Positions 9,687-19,204 of a stretch of 51,521 bases of DNA are shown one piece after another (the stretch's first letter is position 1; the number at the start of each line of letters is the position of its first letter). The position numbers and the translations under genes are program-made. Below the pieces are notes generated by a model, which had not been told where the DNA came from, ran no database searches, and saw nothing but the letters and a program-made list of their open reading frames with translations. Source of the stretch: Candidatus Sysuimicrobiota bacterium (GTDB lineage Bacteria; Sysuimicrobiota; Sysuimicrobiia; Sysuimicrobiales; Sysuimicrobiaceae); assembly GCA_040289515.1 (NCBI GenBank), contig PSLI01000011.1, forward strand, positions 1 through 51,521, given 5' to 3'.

Positions 9687-9911
9687 TCACACGCCCACGC
9701 AGCACGCCACCTGCACCACCCCGTGGATGCAGCGCAGCCGTTCCACCAGGGCGGGAATTTCCCGGGTACTCTGCGTGCGCACGACCACCACCACGTCGTA
9801 GGGGCCGAGGGTGGGGTAAACCTCGTGCACCCCGGGAATCATCCGTGCCTCGCGAGCCACCTGTGCGGGCGTGTTCCCGTCCAGGGTCAGCAGCAGGAAG
9901 GCCGCGTTCAC
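9687..9911 (-). CDS. Stand-alone Lrp/AsnC ligand-binding domain protein
   Basis: VNAAFLLLT...IPGVHEVYPTLGPYDVVVVV...IHGV; GTGA coupling to regulator stop. Confidence 0.75.
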   Translation of the reverse strand: MNAAFLLLTLDGNTPAQVAREARMIPGVHEVYPTLGPYDVVVVVRTQSTREIPALVERLRCIHGVVQVACCVGV

Positions 9912-11341
9912 CGAAGGCTCCCCACGGGCTGCTCCAAAAGCACCTGCGCCAGCACCTGTGCGCCCGACGCCACCTCCTCCACCGTGAGGCCTCCGTAAGC
10001 CAGCAGCCAGCCCCGCCGGTCCGGCTGGCCCAGGTAAAAAGGCCGCAGGGGGCTTACCCGCACGCCCCGCCGGCGCGCGGCCTCCGCCAGCTGCTGCTCG
10101 TCCAAGAAGGGGGCGAGCTCCAGGAAGGCGTGCAGCCCCGCTTCCATCCCGCGCAGCTGCGCTACCGCGGACGCCCGATGAAGCGCGTTCTGCAAAGCGC
10201 TGCGTCGCTCCGCATATTGCCTGCGTACCCGGCGCACATGCCGGTCGAAGTCGCCGCTGCCAAGAAATGCCGCCAGCGCGCGCTGCACGGGCCAGGGCAC
10301 CCGGTCCCCGGACCGTTCCCGAAGCCGTACCAGGCGCTCCCGAAGCCACCGCGGTGCCACCACGTACCCCACCCGGAGGCCGGGGGCCAGCACCTTGGAG
10401 AACGTCCCTACGTACACCACCCGGCCCTTCCGGTCCATCCCCGCCAGCGCGGGAAGCGGCGGGCCGTCGAACCGCAGCTCGCTGTCGTAATCGTCCTCCA
10501 CCACCAGCCGGTCATGGCGCGCCGCCCAGTCCAGCAGGGCTACCCGCCGCGCCACGGACATCCGCACGCCCAAGGGGTACTGGTGGGACGGGGTCACGTA
10601 CACCAGGAGGGGCCGCTCGCCCAGCTCGAACGGGCGCAGGCCATCCTCGTCCACGCGCACGGGCAGCAGCAACGCGCCGCGGTCCTCCAGGGTCCTGCGC
10701 GCGGCCGGGTAGCCCGGCTCCTCTACCGCTACCGGGTCCTGATGCCTGAGCAGCGCCTGCGCCACTAGCTCCAGGGCCCTCACGCCGCCCGCGGTCACCA
10801 CCACGTCCGCGGGGCTGCACCGTACGCCCCGGGCACGGCGCAGGTAGTCGACGATGGCCTCCCGAAGCTCCGGGTCCCCTTCCACGGGCCCAGCGTCCCT
10901 CGGCGGGCTCTGCCGAGCCACCGCCCGCCACATGCGGGCCCAGCTGCGCCAGCTGAGGGGCTCCACCACCTGTCGGCCCAGGGTGAAGTCCACCCTGCAG
11001 CCGTCTGGGTCTGGCCCACCTTCAAGGGCCTGCAGAGAAGCCAGCCACCGGGGAGGGGGGGAATGCAGGACCTCTCCGGCCGCAGGTAGTTCGGGAAGCC
11101 CCGAGGCCACATAAGTGCCGGAGCCACGCCGGCCGTCCAGGTACCCCTCCGCCGCGAGCTCCTCGTACACGGTGGTAACCAACGTGCGCGAGCAGCCCAG
11201 GGACTCCGCCAGGGCGCGCGTGGACGGCAGCCGCGTTCCAGGCCTGATGCGGCCTTGCAGGATGGCCTCCCGCAGCTGGTGGGCCAGTTCCCTGGCCCTG
11301 GGCCTTTCGCGAAGGTGCACGCTCAGCTCCACAAGTGGCAC
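9908..11341 (-). CDS. pdxR: MocR/GabR family regulator (GntR HTH + PLP aminotransferase domain), PdxR-like
   Basis: RLPSTRALA HTH, EGYL..RRGSGTYV, TPSHQYPLG, EDDYDSE, GTFSKVLAPGLR; divergent from pdxST operon. Confidence 0.88.
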   Translation of the reverse strand: MPLVELSVHLRERPRARELAHQLREAILQGRIRPGTRLPSTRALAESLGCSRTLVTTVYEELAAEGYLDGRRGSGTYVASGLPELPAAGEVLHSPPPRWLASLQALEGGPDPDGCRVDFTLGRQVVEPLSWRSWARMWRAVARQSPPRDAGPVEGDPELREAIVDYLRRARGVRCSPADVVVTAGGVRALELVAQALLRHQDPVAVEEPGYPAARRTLEDRGALLLPVRVDEDGLRPFELGERPLLVYVTPSHQYPLGVRMSVARRVALLDWAARHDRLVVEDDYDSELRFDGPPLPALAGMDRKGRVVYVGTFSKVLAPGLRVGYVVAPRWLRERLVRLRERSGDRVPWPVQRALAAFLGSGDFDRHVRRVRRQYAERRSALQNALHRASAVAQLRGMEAGLHAFLELAPFLDEQQLAEAARRRGVRVSPLRPFYLGQPDRRGWLLAYGGLTVEEVASGAQVLAQVLLEQPVGSLR

Positions 11342-11390
11342 GAATATTTTGCGCAAAAGTGGACGTTTTCGCAAGCCACTTGGTGGTCTA
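11333..11390. promoter_or_regulatory. Putative PdxR operator array
   Basis: AAGTGGCA, AAAGTGGAC, TGGTGGTCTA (GTGG cores at 11335, 11359, 11383) plus inverted CCACTT 11376-11381 and palindrome TTTTGCGCAAAA. Confidence 0.7.
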
Positions 11391-11410
11391 ACCTGGCCCG
11401 GTAGCGGGAG

Positions 11411-11935
11411 GTGGGAGGTTTGAGGACCCGGGACCTGACGGCAGGCGCCTTGGCGACCGCGCTGGTGGCAGCGACCACCATGGTGATCCGCATCCCGGTG
11501 CCGGCTACCCAGGGTTACATCAACCTGGGTGAGACGGCCGTCTATCTGGCCGCTCTGCTCCTCGGTCCGGTGCACGGGCTGGTGGCAGGTGGCGTGGGAT
11601 CCGCCCTCGCGGACCTGTGGGGCGGCTACGCGCAGTTCGCGCCCTTCACCCTGGTGATCAAGGGGGTGGAGGGCTGGCTCGCTGGCTACCTGTTCTGGAG
11701 GGTGTTGGGAGGGGCTGGGTTCCTCCAGGGAGGGTGGGCGGTCCGGGCTGCGGTTGCGTGTGGGGCTGCCGGCGCGTGGATGGTGGGGGGCTACTACGTG
11801 GCGGAGGCGTTCTTGTTGGGCTTGGGCCCAGCTGCGGCCGCGGAGGTTCCCGGCAACGTGTTCCAGGTGCTGGCAGGGGTCTTGGTGGCCCTGGCGGGGG
11901 CTTCGCTGCTGCGCGGCGTGGTGGCACCCCGGTGA
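11411..11935 (+). CDS. ECF transporter S component, probably vitamin B6 (PdxU2/HmpT-like)
   Basis: IPVPATQGYINLGE, GGVGSALADL, APFTLVIKG, EVPGNVFQ; hydrophobic; operon context. Confidence 0.85.
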   Translation: MGGLRTRDLTAGALATALVAATTMVIRIPVPATQGYINLGETAVYLAALLLGPVHGLVAGGVGSALADLWGGYAQFAPFTLVIKGVEGWLAGYLFWRVLGGAGFLQGGWAVRAAVACGAAGAWMVGGYYVAEAFLLGLGPAAAAEVPGNVFQVLAGVLVALAGASLLRGVVAPR

Positions 11936-12933
11936 TGCGGGTGGGGAAAGTCCCGCCTGAGCTGCTGGAGCGGTTGGTGTACCCGCACCTGGGGCGCCGA
12001 CCGGATGTTCTCGTGCGGGCCCAGGTGGGTGAGGACTGCGCGGTGTTGGACTTCGGGGAGTGGGTGTGCGTGCTGACCACCGATCCCATCACGGGCGCGG
12101 GGCGCCACCTGGGCCGGATCGCGGTGTACGTGGCCACCAACGACCTGGCAGCCACCGGTGCGGAGCCGGTGGCGCTGCTGATGAACGTGCTCTTGCGGGA
12201 GGGGGCAGGCGAAGAAGAGCTGCGGGAGCTCATGGAGGAGGCGGGAAGCGCCGCCGGGGAGCTCGGCGCGGAGATCGTGGGGGGCCACACGGAGGTGACC
12301 GGGGGGCTGGACAGGACGCTGGTGGTGACCACCGCGGTGGGCCGGGCCCGGCGCGGGGAGTTCGTGACCAGCTCCGGAGCCCGGCCGGGGGACAGCCTGG
12401 TGCTCACCAAGGCCGCGGCCCTGGAAGGCACTGCCATTTTGGCGTCGGACTTCGAGGCGTACCTGGCGCGGCACCTGGGCGACGGAGTGGTGCGGCGGGC
12501 CCAGGCCTTTTTGCGCGAGATGAGCGTGGTGCGCGACGGGCGGGCCGCGGTGCGCGCGGGGGCGCGGGCCATGCACGACGCCACCGAGGGTGGCATCCTG
12601 GCCGCGGCGGTGGAGATGGCCGCCGCATCGGGAGTGGGCGTGGAGCTGTACGTGGATTGCGTCCCGGTGCGCCCTGAAACGGAGGCCATCTGCTCCCTGG
12701 TGGGTGTGGACCCTCTCGGCCTCGTTAGCAGTGGAGCCTTGCTGGTGGCCACCCCGACACCGGACCGCACGGTGGCGGCCCTGCAGGGGGCCGGGATTCC
12801 TGCCACGGTGGTGGGTCGGTTCGTGGAGAACGGACGGTGGAAGGTGCTGGGCTGCCGGAGGGAGCCCCTGGAGATGTACCCCGCGGACGAGCTGTGGAGG
12901 GCGCTAGAGCGCCTGCGGCAGCTTGGCGCGTAG
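11935..12933 (+). CDS. AIR synthase-related (PurM/ThiL/HypE/SelD fold) protein
   Basis: GEDCAV, TTDPIT, NDLAATGAEP, IVGGHTE, AMHDATEGG, DPLGLVSSG. Confidence 0.88.
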   Translation: MRVGKVPPELLERLVYPHLGRRPDVLVRAQVGEDCAVLDFGEWVCVLTTDPITGAGRHLGRIAVYVATNDLAATGAEPVALLMNVLLREGAGEEELRELMEEAGSAAGELGAEIVGGHTEVTGGLDRTLVVTTAVGRARRGEFVTSSGARPGDSLVLTKAAALEGTAILASDFEAYLARHLGDGVVRRAQAFLREMSVVRDGRAAVRAGARAMHDATEGGILAAAVEMAAASGVGVELYVDCVPVRPETEAICSLVGVDPLGLVSSGALLVATPTPDRTVAALQGAGIPATVVGRFVENGRWKVLGCRREPLEMYPADELWRALERLRQLGA

Positions 12934-12946
12934 GAGGTGAGGTGCC

Positions 12947-13831
12947 GTGCGACAGACGGGGACGGAACACATCAAGCGGGGTTTGGCGCAGATGCTGAAG
13001 GGTGGGGTCATCATGGACGTCACCACGCCCGAGCAGGCCCGCATCGCGGAGGACGCGGGAGCGGTGGCCGTCATGGCCCTGGAACGGGTCCCCGCGGACA
13101 TCCGCGCGGAGGGCGGGGTGGCTCGCATGGCGGATCCCGCGCGCATCAAGGCCATCATGGCGGCGGTAACCATCCCCGTCATGGCCAAGGTCCGCATCGG
13201 GCACTTCGTGGAGGCGCAGGTGCTGGAGGCGATCGGAGTGGACTTCATCGACGAAAGTGAGGTCCTCACCCCGGCGGACGAGCAGCACCACATCGACAAG
13301 CGGCGCTTTCGTGTGCCCTTCGTGTGCGGGGCTCGGGACCTGGGGGAAGCCCTGCGCCGCATCGGCGAGGGGGCCGCCATGATCCGCACGAAGGGTGAGG
13401 CCGGCACCGGCAACGTGGTGGAGGCCGTGCGGCACGTGCGTCAGATCACGGACGAGATCCGCCGGCTGCAGGCCCTCCCGGAGGAGGAGCTGATGGCAGC
13501 TGCCCGGGACCTGCGGGCTCCCTACGAGCTGGTGCGGGAGGTGCGGCAGCTGGGGCGGCTGCCCGTGGTGAACTTCGCCGCGGGTGGCATCGCCACCCCG
13601 GCGGACGCGGCGCTGATGATGCAGCTGGGGTGCGACGGGGTGTTCGTGGGATCCGGGATCTTCAAGTCCGAGGACCCCGCTCGGCGGGCGCGCGCCATCG
13701 TAGACGCGGTGGCCCACTACGAAGACCCCCAACGCGTGGCACGGGCGTGCGAGGGGCTGGGGGAGCCCATGCGGGGGCTGGACGTACGGCGGCTGCAGCC
13801 CGCAGAGCTGCTGCAGACCCGGGGCACCTGA
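12947..13831 (+). CDS. pdxS: PLP synthase lyase subunit
   Basis: [48 protein letters not shown]. Confidence 0.98.
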   Translation: MRQTGTEHIKRGLAQMLKGGVIMDVTTPEQARIAEDAGAVAVMALERVPADIRAEGGVARMADPARIKAIMAAVTIPVMAKVRIGHFVEAQVLEAIGVDFIDESEVLTPADEQHHIDKRRFRVPFVCGARDLGEALRRIGEGAAMIRTKGEAGTGNVVEAVRHVRQITDEIRRLQALPEEELMAAARDLRAPYELVREVRQLGRLPVVNFAAGGIATPADAALMMQLGCDGVFVGSGIFKSEDPARRARAIVDAVAHYEDPQRVARACEGLGEPMRGLDVRRLQPAELLQTRGT

Positions 13832-13842
13832 GGAGGAATCCC

Positions 13843-14418
13843 GTGCGGGTGGGTGTTCTAGCGCTGCAGGGAGACTGCTCCGAGCACGCGGAGGTGCTGC
13901 AGCGAATCGGGGTGCAGGTGGTCCCCGTGCGCACCCCTGAGGCGCTGGAGGGGTTGCGCGGGCTGGTCCTCCCGGGCGGGGAGAGCACGACTCTGGGGGC
14001 CTTGATGACCCGCTGCGGCTTGCATGAGGCCATCCGGGAGCGGGTCCGGGAGGGCATGGCGCTGTTTGGGACGTGCGCGGGATTGATCCTCATGGCCCGC
14101 CGCGCCTCGGGAGGCGAAGTGCCCCTGCTGGGATTGCTGGACGTGGCGGTGGAGCGCAACGCGTACGGGCGGCAGCGGGAAAGCTTCGAGGACGACCTGT
14201 GCTGCCCCGCGGTGGAGTCGAACCCCTTCCGCGTGGCCTTCATCCGGGCCCCCGTGATCACGTGGGTGGGTGCGGGCGTGGAGGTGTTGGCCCGGCACGA
14301 GGGGTTGCCCGTGCTGGTCCGCCAGGGACGCCTGCTGGGCACCACCTTCCACCCGGAGATCACCGGCTACACCGGTGTGCACCGCTACTTTTGCGAACTG
14401 TGCGCCAGGGCGGGTTGA
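13843..14418 (+). CDS. pdxT: PLP synthase glutaminase subunit
   Basis: GVLALQG, PGGESTT, GTCAGLI, RNAYGRQRESF, FIRAP, FHPE. Confidence 0.97.
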   Translation: MRVGVLALQGDCSEHAEVLQRIGVQVVPVRTPEALEGLRGLVLPGGESTTLGALMTRCGLHEAIRERVREGMALFGTCAGLILMARRASGGEVPLLGLLDVAVERNAYGRQRESFEDDLCCPAVESNPFRVAFIRAPVITWVGAGVEVLARHEGLPVLVRQGRLLGTTFHPEITGYTGVHRYFCELCARAG

Positions 14419-14443
14419 CACGCCCGGGAGGATGCGATAATTA
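14415..14443 (+). promoter_or_regulatory. Sigma70-type promoter of thiamine operon
   Basis: TTGACA 14415-14420 and TGnGATAAT(TA) 14433-14443 upstream of riboswitch. Confidence 0.6.
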
Positions 14444-14482
14444 GGGAGAGCGGCCGCCGCCGCGACAACTGAACAAGCTGTA

Positions 14483-14592
14483 GCCCTGGGGGAGCTCGGA
14501 AGAGCCGGGCTGAGAGTGCGGCCGGTCCCGTGCAGGCCAATGCCGCAGACCCCAAAGACCCGATCCAGGTAATGCTGGCGTGGGGAAGTGGC
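14483..14592 (+). promoter_or_regulatory. TPP riboswitch
   Basis: GGGGG...GCTGAGA...GACCC...GACCCGATCCAGGTAATGCTGGCGTGGGGAAG matches THI-box consensus; precedes thiamine genes. Confidence 0.93.
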
Positions 14593-14604
14593 GAGTCCAC
14601 GGAA

Positions 14605-14640
14605 GCCGCCAGGTCCTGCTCGGGCCTGGCGGTCGTGTTT
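14605..14640 (+). terminator. Riboswitch expression-platform hairpin (attenuator)
   Basis: GCCGCCAGGTCC-tgctc-GGGCCTGGCGGT followed by CGTGTTT, directly before tenA RBS. Confidence 0.6.
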
Positions 14641-14650
14641 GGAGGTGGCC

Positions 14651-15271
14651 GTGAGCCTTTCGCAGGAGCTGTGGGGCAGCCACCGGGAGCTGGCGCACAG
14701 GTGTCTGGAGCATCCCTTCGTGCAGGGCATCGCTTCTGGGCAGCTGCCCCTGGACCGGTTCCGGTTCTACGTGGAGCAGGACGCGTACTTCCTAGACGCC
14801 TTCGCCCGGGCCTACGCGCTGTTGCTGGCCAAGGTCCCCGACCGGCAAGGTTTTTTGGAGCTGAAAAAACTGTTCGACGGCGCCGTGGACGAGCTGCGGC
14901 TGCACCGATCCTACGCGGAGCGATGGGGTGTGAACCTGCAGCCGGCGCCCGCGCCCGCCACCCGTGCGTACACGGACTTCCTGCTGCGGGTCGCAGCTCT
15001 CGAACCGCCCGGTCACGGGCTGGCAGCGCAGGCACCGTGCATGCGGTTGTACGCGTACCTCGGTTCGGAGCTGCGGGCATATCTGCGGCCGGAAAGCCCG
15101 TACGCGGAGTGGGTGCACACCTACGCCAGCGAGGACTTCCACCGCCTGGCCCAGACCCTGGAGCACCTCCTGGACCGCTACGGCGGGGATCCCCGGCGTA
15201 TCCGGGAACTGTACGGCCGCGCCATGGAGCTGGAGTACGAGTTCTTTGACGCCGCGTGGAGGTCAGGTTGA
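14651..15271 (+). CDS. tenA: TenA family thiaminase II (Cys-type)
   Basis: HPFVQGI, FYVEQDAYFL, APCMRLY catalytic Cys, YAEWVHTY, ELEYEFF. Confidence 0.9.
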   Translation: MSLSQELWGSHRELAHRCLEHPFVQGIASGQLPLDRFRFYVEQDAYFLDAFARAYALLLAKVPDRQGFLELKKLFDGAVDELRLHRSYAERWGVNLQPAPAPATRAYTDFLLRVAALEPPGHGLAAQAPCMRLYAYLGSELRAYLRPESPYAEWVHTYASEDFHRLAQTLEHLLDRYGGDPRRIRELYGRAMELEYEFFDAAWRSG

Positions 15272-15891
15272 GCAGCGAGGCGCTGCGGGCGGCGCACAGG
15301 CAGCTGTGGGAGCAAGCCACCCGGCACCCCTTCCTGGACGGGGTGCGGGACGGGACTCTGCCGGAGCCCAGCTTCCAGCGGTGGCTGGTGCAGGACTACC
15401 ACTTCGTCCGCGGCCTGCTGCGGGCGCAGGCGGCCTTCCTGGCCGCGGCACCGCGATCTGACCAGAGGGTGCTGGCCTCGGGGCTTGTGGCCCTGGTGGA
15501 CGAGCTGGATTGGTTCGAGGACCACGCGCGCCGACGTGGTTTAACCCTGGACGTCCCCGTGCACTCCACCTGCCAGGAGTACGTGGACTTCCTCCTGGCC
15601 CTGCGCGAACGGCCGTACCCGGTGCAGATCACGGCCCTGTGGGCGTGCGAGCAGGCTTACCTGGACGCTTGGACGGGCGCGTGGCCGGGCGCGGAGGCGG
15701 ACCGGGAGTTCGTGCACCGCTGGACGCAGCCGGGCTTCGCGGAGTACGTAGCCGCCCTGCAGGCAGCCGCACAGCGAGCGCTGGCCACCGCAGGCCTTGC
15801 GGAGCTGCAGGCGGCGGAGGATGCCTTTTGCCGTGTGGCGGAGCTGGAGCGGCGCTTCTGGGCGATGACGTGGGAAGGAGGCGAAAGATGA
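15268..15891 (+). CDS. TenA family protein (TenA_E-like)
   Basis: ATRHPFL, WLVQDYHFV, DELDWF, WACEQAYLDAW, LERRFWAM; start could be 15256. Confidence 0.85.
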   Translation: MSSEALRAAHRQLWEQATRHPFLDGVRDGTLPEPSFQRWLVQDYHFVRGLLRAQAAFLAAAPRSDQRVLASGLVALVDELDWFEDHARRRGLTLDVPVHSTCQEYVDFLLALRERPYPVQITALWACEQAYLDAWTGAWPGAEADREFVHRWTQPGFAEYVAALQAAAQRALATAGLAELQAAEDAFCRVAELERRFWAMTWEGGER

Positions 15892-16379
15892 CGCGCAAGC
15901 TGGTCCTGGCCGCGGTGTTCGCCGCAGTTCCCGTGATTCTTTCCTTCGTACCGGGCTCCATTCCCGTGGCGGGCGCGAAGCTGCTGCCCTGGCAGCACAT
16001 GGCCAACGCGGTGGCGGGTGTGGTCGTGGGGCCCTGGTACGCCGCCCTGGCAGCCACGCTGGCCGCGGTGCTGCGGAACCTGTTCGGGGTGGGGACCCTT
16101 CTGGCCTTCCCCGGTGGGATTCCCGGCGCCCTGGTGGTGGGTCTGGCGTACCGCCTGTGGCCGCGGAGCTGGGTGGTGCTGCTGGAGCCGGTGGGCACGG
16201 GTCCTGTTGGTGCCACCCTTGGCAGCCTGCTGGTAGCCCCCGTGTTCCTGGGGAAGGCCATTCCCCTCGCCACGCTCCTGCCCCTGTTTTTGGCCAGCAG
16301 CGTACCCGGAGCGGTGCTGGGCTGGGTGGTGCTGCAGGCCCTGGTGCGAGCACGGGTTGTGCCGGAGGTGACGGCATGA
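15888..16379 (+). CDS. thiW: ECF thiazole transporter S component
   Basis: PWQHMANAVAGVVVGPWY, GTLLAFPGGIPGA, EPVGTG. Confidence 0.88.
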   Translation: MTRKLVLAAVFAAVPVILSFVPGSIPVAGAKLLPWQHMANAVAGVVVGPWYAALAATLAAVLRNLFGVGTLLAFPGGIPGALVVGLAYRLWPRSWVVLLEPVGTGPVGATLGSLLVAPVFLGKAIPLATLLPLFLASSVPGAVLGWVVLQALVRARVVPEVTA

Positions 16380-17734
16380 GCGCGCAGGTCCGGGAGGCCG
16401 CGGTCACGACGGAGTGGGGGGTCGAGCCGATCCCCTCGGAGCGCCGGCCCCTCGCGGGTGCGGAGGTGTTCGTCCTCTGGTTCAACCTGGGGGTGAGCCT
16501 GCTGCTGCTGGTGGCGGGTGCGCTGCTCGTGCCCGGCCTGGGTCTGCGGGACGCCTTGCTAGCCACCGCGGTCGGCGTGGTGGTGGGCAACCTGCTGCTG
16601 GGTGTGGCCGCGTGGATCGGGGCGGAGGTGGGAGCGCCCAGCATGGTACTCCTGCGGGCACCTTTGGGGATCCGGGGCTCGGTGGTACCCACCGCCCTCA
16701 ACGTCCTGCAGAACGTGGGGTGGGGAGCCTTCGAGATCCTCATCATCGCCACCAGCGCGGACGCCATCACGCGGCGGCTGGTCGGGTCGTCCAACTATGT
16801 GGCGTGGGTGGCGGTGTTCGGCTTGTTCACGACCCTGATGGCGATAGGCGGTCCCATTGTGGTGGTGCGGCGGTGGCTGCGGCGCTACGCCCTGTGGTTC
16901 GTGCTGGCCTCCACCGTCTACCTGACCTGGTATGTCCTCACCCGTCTGGACCTCGCAGCCCTGTGGAACCGCCCGGGGACCGGGGAGCTGTCCTTCTGGC
17001 TGGGTGTGGACCTGGTGGTGGCCATGCCCGTGTCGTGGATCCCCCTGGCCGCGGACTACACCCGGTTTGCGGTCAGGCCGCACGCCGCCTTCTGGGGAAC
17101 CGCGGCGGGCTACGCGCTGAGCAACTTTTGGTTCTACGCCCTGGGCGTGCTGTTTATGCTGGCGCTGCGGGCTGAGGACCTGGTGGCCGCGGTGCTGGCC
17201 ATCCCCGCAGGGGCCGTGGCCCTGGCCATCCTCCTCGCGGACGAGACCGACGAAGCCTTCGCCAACATCTACAGCACCTCGGTGTCGCTGCAGAACCTGT
17301 GGCCCCGGGCGGACCGCAAGCAACTGGCGGTGGCCTCGGGTGCGGTGTGCTCCGTGCTGGCGGCCACGGTGCCCCTGACCCAGTACGAGTCCTTCCTGTT
17401 CCTCATCGGGGCGTTTTTCGTTCCCCTGTTCGGCGTGCTGGCCGCAGACTACTTCGCGGTGCGGCGGCGCCAGCTGGACCCGGAGGAGCTGTACGGACCC
17501 GGGGCGCGTCCCGTTCGCTGGAAGGGGTTCGCGCCGTGGTTGGTGGGCTTCTTCGTTTACCAGTGGATCGTGCCGACGGACATCCCCGGGTGGAAGGAGA
17601 TGCTGGCGGCCCTGTTCGGTTCCGTGGGGCTGCCCTTCCCCCTGAGTGCCCACGTCCCGTGGCTGGGCGGCTCGCTGCCCAGCCTGGCGGCGAGCTTCGT
17701 CCTGTACACCCTGCTGGCGGGGAGGAGGCGGTGA
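16376..17734 (+). CDS. cytX: NCS1 family hydroxymethylpyrimidine permease
   Basis: LNVLQNVGW, AMPVSWIPLAADYTRF, many TM helices; TPP regulon. Confidence 0.82.
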   Translation: MSAQVREAAVTTEWGVEPIPSERRPLAGAEVFVLWFNLGVSLLLLVAGALLVPGLGLRDALLATAVGVVVGNLLLGVAAWIGAEVGAPSMVLLRAPLGIRGSVVPTALNVLQNVGWGAFEILIIATSADAITRRLVGSSNYVAWVAVFGLFTTLMAIGGPIVVVRRWLRRYALWFVLASTVYLTWYVLTRLDLAALWNRPGTGELSFWLGVDLVVAMPVSWIPLAADYTRFAVRPHAAFWGTAAGYALSNFWFYALGVLFMLALRAEDLVAAVLAIPAGAVALAILLADETDEAFANIYSTSVSLQNLWPRADRKQLAVASGAVCSVLAATVPLTQYESFLFLIGAFFVPLFGVLAADYFAVRRRQLDPEELYGPGARPVRWKGFAPWLVGFFVYQWIVPTDIPGWKEMLAALFGSVGLPFPLSAHVPWLGGSLPSLAASFVLYTLLAGRRR

Positions 17735-18552
17735 AACCGGGGCGGCTCCTGGAACGGGTGAGGGCCGTCCGCCCTGTGGTGCACCACCTGACGAACTTCG
17801 TGACCGCCAACGACGTGGCGAACGTGACCCTCGCCACGGGTGCCGTGCCCGTCATGGCCCACGCGGCCGAGGAGGTAGCGGAGGTGGTGGACCAGGCTTC
17901 CTGCGTGGTGCTGAACCTGGGCACGCCCACCCCAAGCCGGTTGCAGGTCATGCGGGAGGCCGGGCGCCGAGCCAACGCACGCGGTGTGCCCGTGGTGATG
18001 GACCCGGTGGGCGTGGGGCTGAGCCGGTTTCGCGCGGAGGCTGTTGCGGGTATCCTGCAGGAGGTCCGAACCTCCGCGGTGCGGGCCAACCTGGCGGAGA
18101 TGGCGCACTTGGCCGGAGCGGAGGGGCTCCTGCGGGGGGTTGAGTCCGCGGGTGCGGGTGCCGCTCCCGAAGACGCGGCACGGCGCGTGGCGCGCCGGTA
18201 CCGGTTGGTGGCCGCAGTCACCGGGCCTCAGGACTGGGTCACAGACGGGGCGCGCCTCGTGCGGGTGGACAACGGACACCCGCTGCTGCAGCGCATCACG
18301 GGTGGGGGCTGCATGGCCACCGCGGTGGTGGCCTGCTTTATGGCGGTGGCGGAGGACCTGTTGGAGGCCTCCGTGGCGGCGCTGGCGTACTTCGGGTACG
18401 CCGCGGAGCTGGCCGCCGCGCAGGCCACCGGAGGCGGCAGCTTCCGCGCCCTGCTGCTGGATCAGCTGGCACAGATGCGCCCGGAGGACCTGGAGCAGGG
18501 GGCGCGGGTACGGGAAGTCTCCTCCCCGGCCACGGGAGGTTCAGGAGACTGA
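17731..18552 (+). CDS. thiM: Hydroxyethylthiazole kinase
   Basis: PVVHHLTNFVT, NLGT, DPVGVG, ITGGGC. Confidence 0.95.
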   Translation: MKPGRLLERVRAVRPVVHHLTNFVTANDVANVTLATGAVPVMAHAAEEVAEVVDQASCVVLNLGTPTPSRLQVMREAGRRANARGVPVVMDPVGVGLSRFRAEAVAGILQEVRTSAVRANLAEMAHLAGAEGLLRGVESAGAGAAPEDAARRVARRYRLVAAVTGPQDWVTDGARLVRVDNGHPLLQRITGGGCMATAVVACFMAVAEDLLEASVAALAYFGYAAELAAAQATGGGSFRALLLDQLAQMRPEDLEQGARVREVSSPATGGSGD

Positions 18553-18553
18553 G

Positions 18554-19204
18554 GTGCAGCTGGACCTGCGGGTGTACGTGATCACCGACCGTTCCTTCCG
18601 GGGCCGCACGCACGAGCAAGTGGCCCGGGCAGCGCTCCGAGGTGGTGCCACCGCGGTGCAGCTGCGGGACAAGCAGGCCACGGGGCGCGAGCTGCTGCAG
18701 TGGGCCCGGCAGTTGCGGGACCTGACCCGAGCCGCGGGGGTGCTGTTTTTGGTCAACGACCGGGTGGACGTGGCCCTGGCCGTGCACGCAGATGGCGTCC
18801 ACGTGGGCCAGGAGGACGTGCCGGTGGCGGACGCGCGGCAGTTGATGGGCCCTGGGCGGGTGGTGGGCGCCTCCGCTGGTAACGTGGAGGAGGCGCTGCA
18901 GGCCGAACAGGCGAGTGCGGACTACCTGGGAGTGGGCCCGGTGTTTCCCACCGCTACCAAACCCGACGCGGGGGAAGCCATCGGGGTAGACGGCCTGCGG
19001 AGGATCGTGCAGGCAGTACGGCTCCCGGTGGTGGCCATCGGCGGCATCACCGCCGACAACGCGGGGCAGGCCATCCGCGCAGGTGCCGTGGGCGTGGCGG
19101 TGATCTCCGCGGTGGCAGCCGCGGACGACATGGTGGCCGCCACCCGACAGCTGCGGGAAGCAGTGGACGCGGCACTGCGGGAACGAGGAGGTGCGTGGGC
19201 GTGA
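18554..19204 (+). CDS. thiE: Thiamine phosphate synthase
   Basis: QLRDK, VNDRVDVA, GVHVGQED, GPVFPTATK, VAIGGI. Confidence 0.96.
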   Translation: MQLDLRVYVITDRSFRGRTHEQVARAALRGGATAVQLRDKQATGRELLQWARQLRDLTRAAGVLFLVNDRVDVALAVHADGVHVGQEDVPVADARQLMGPGRVVGASAGNVEEALQAEQASADYLGVGPVFPTATKPDAGEAIGVDGLRRIVQAVRLPVVAIGGITADNAGQAIRAGAVGVAVISAVAAADDMVAATRQLREAVDAALRERGGAWA

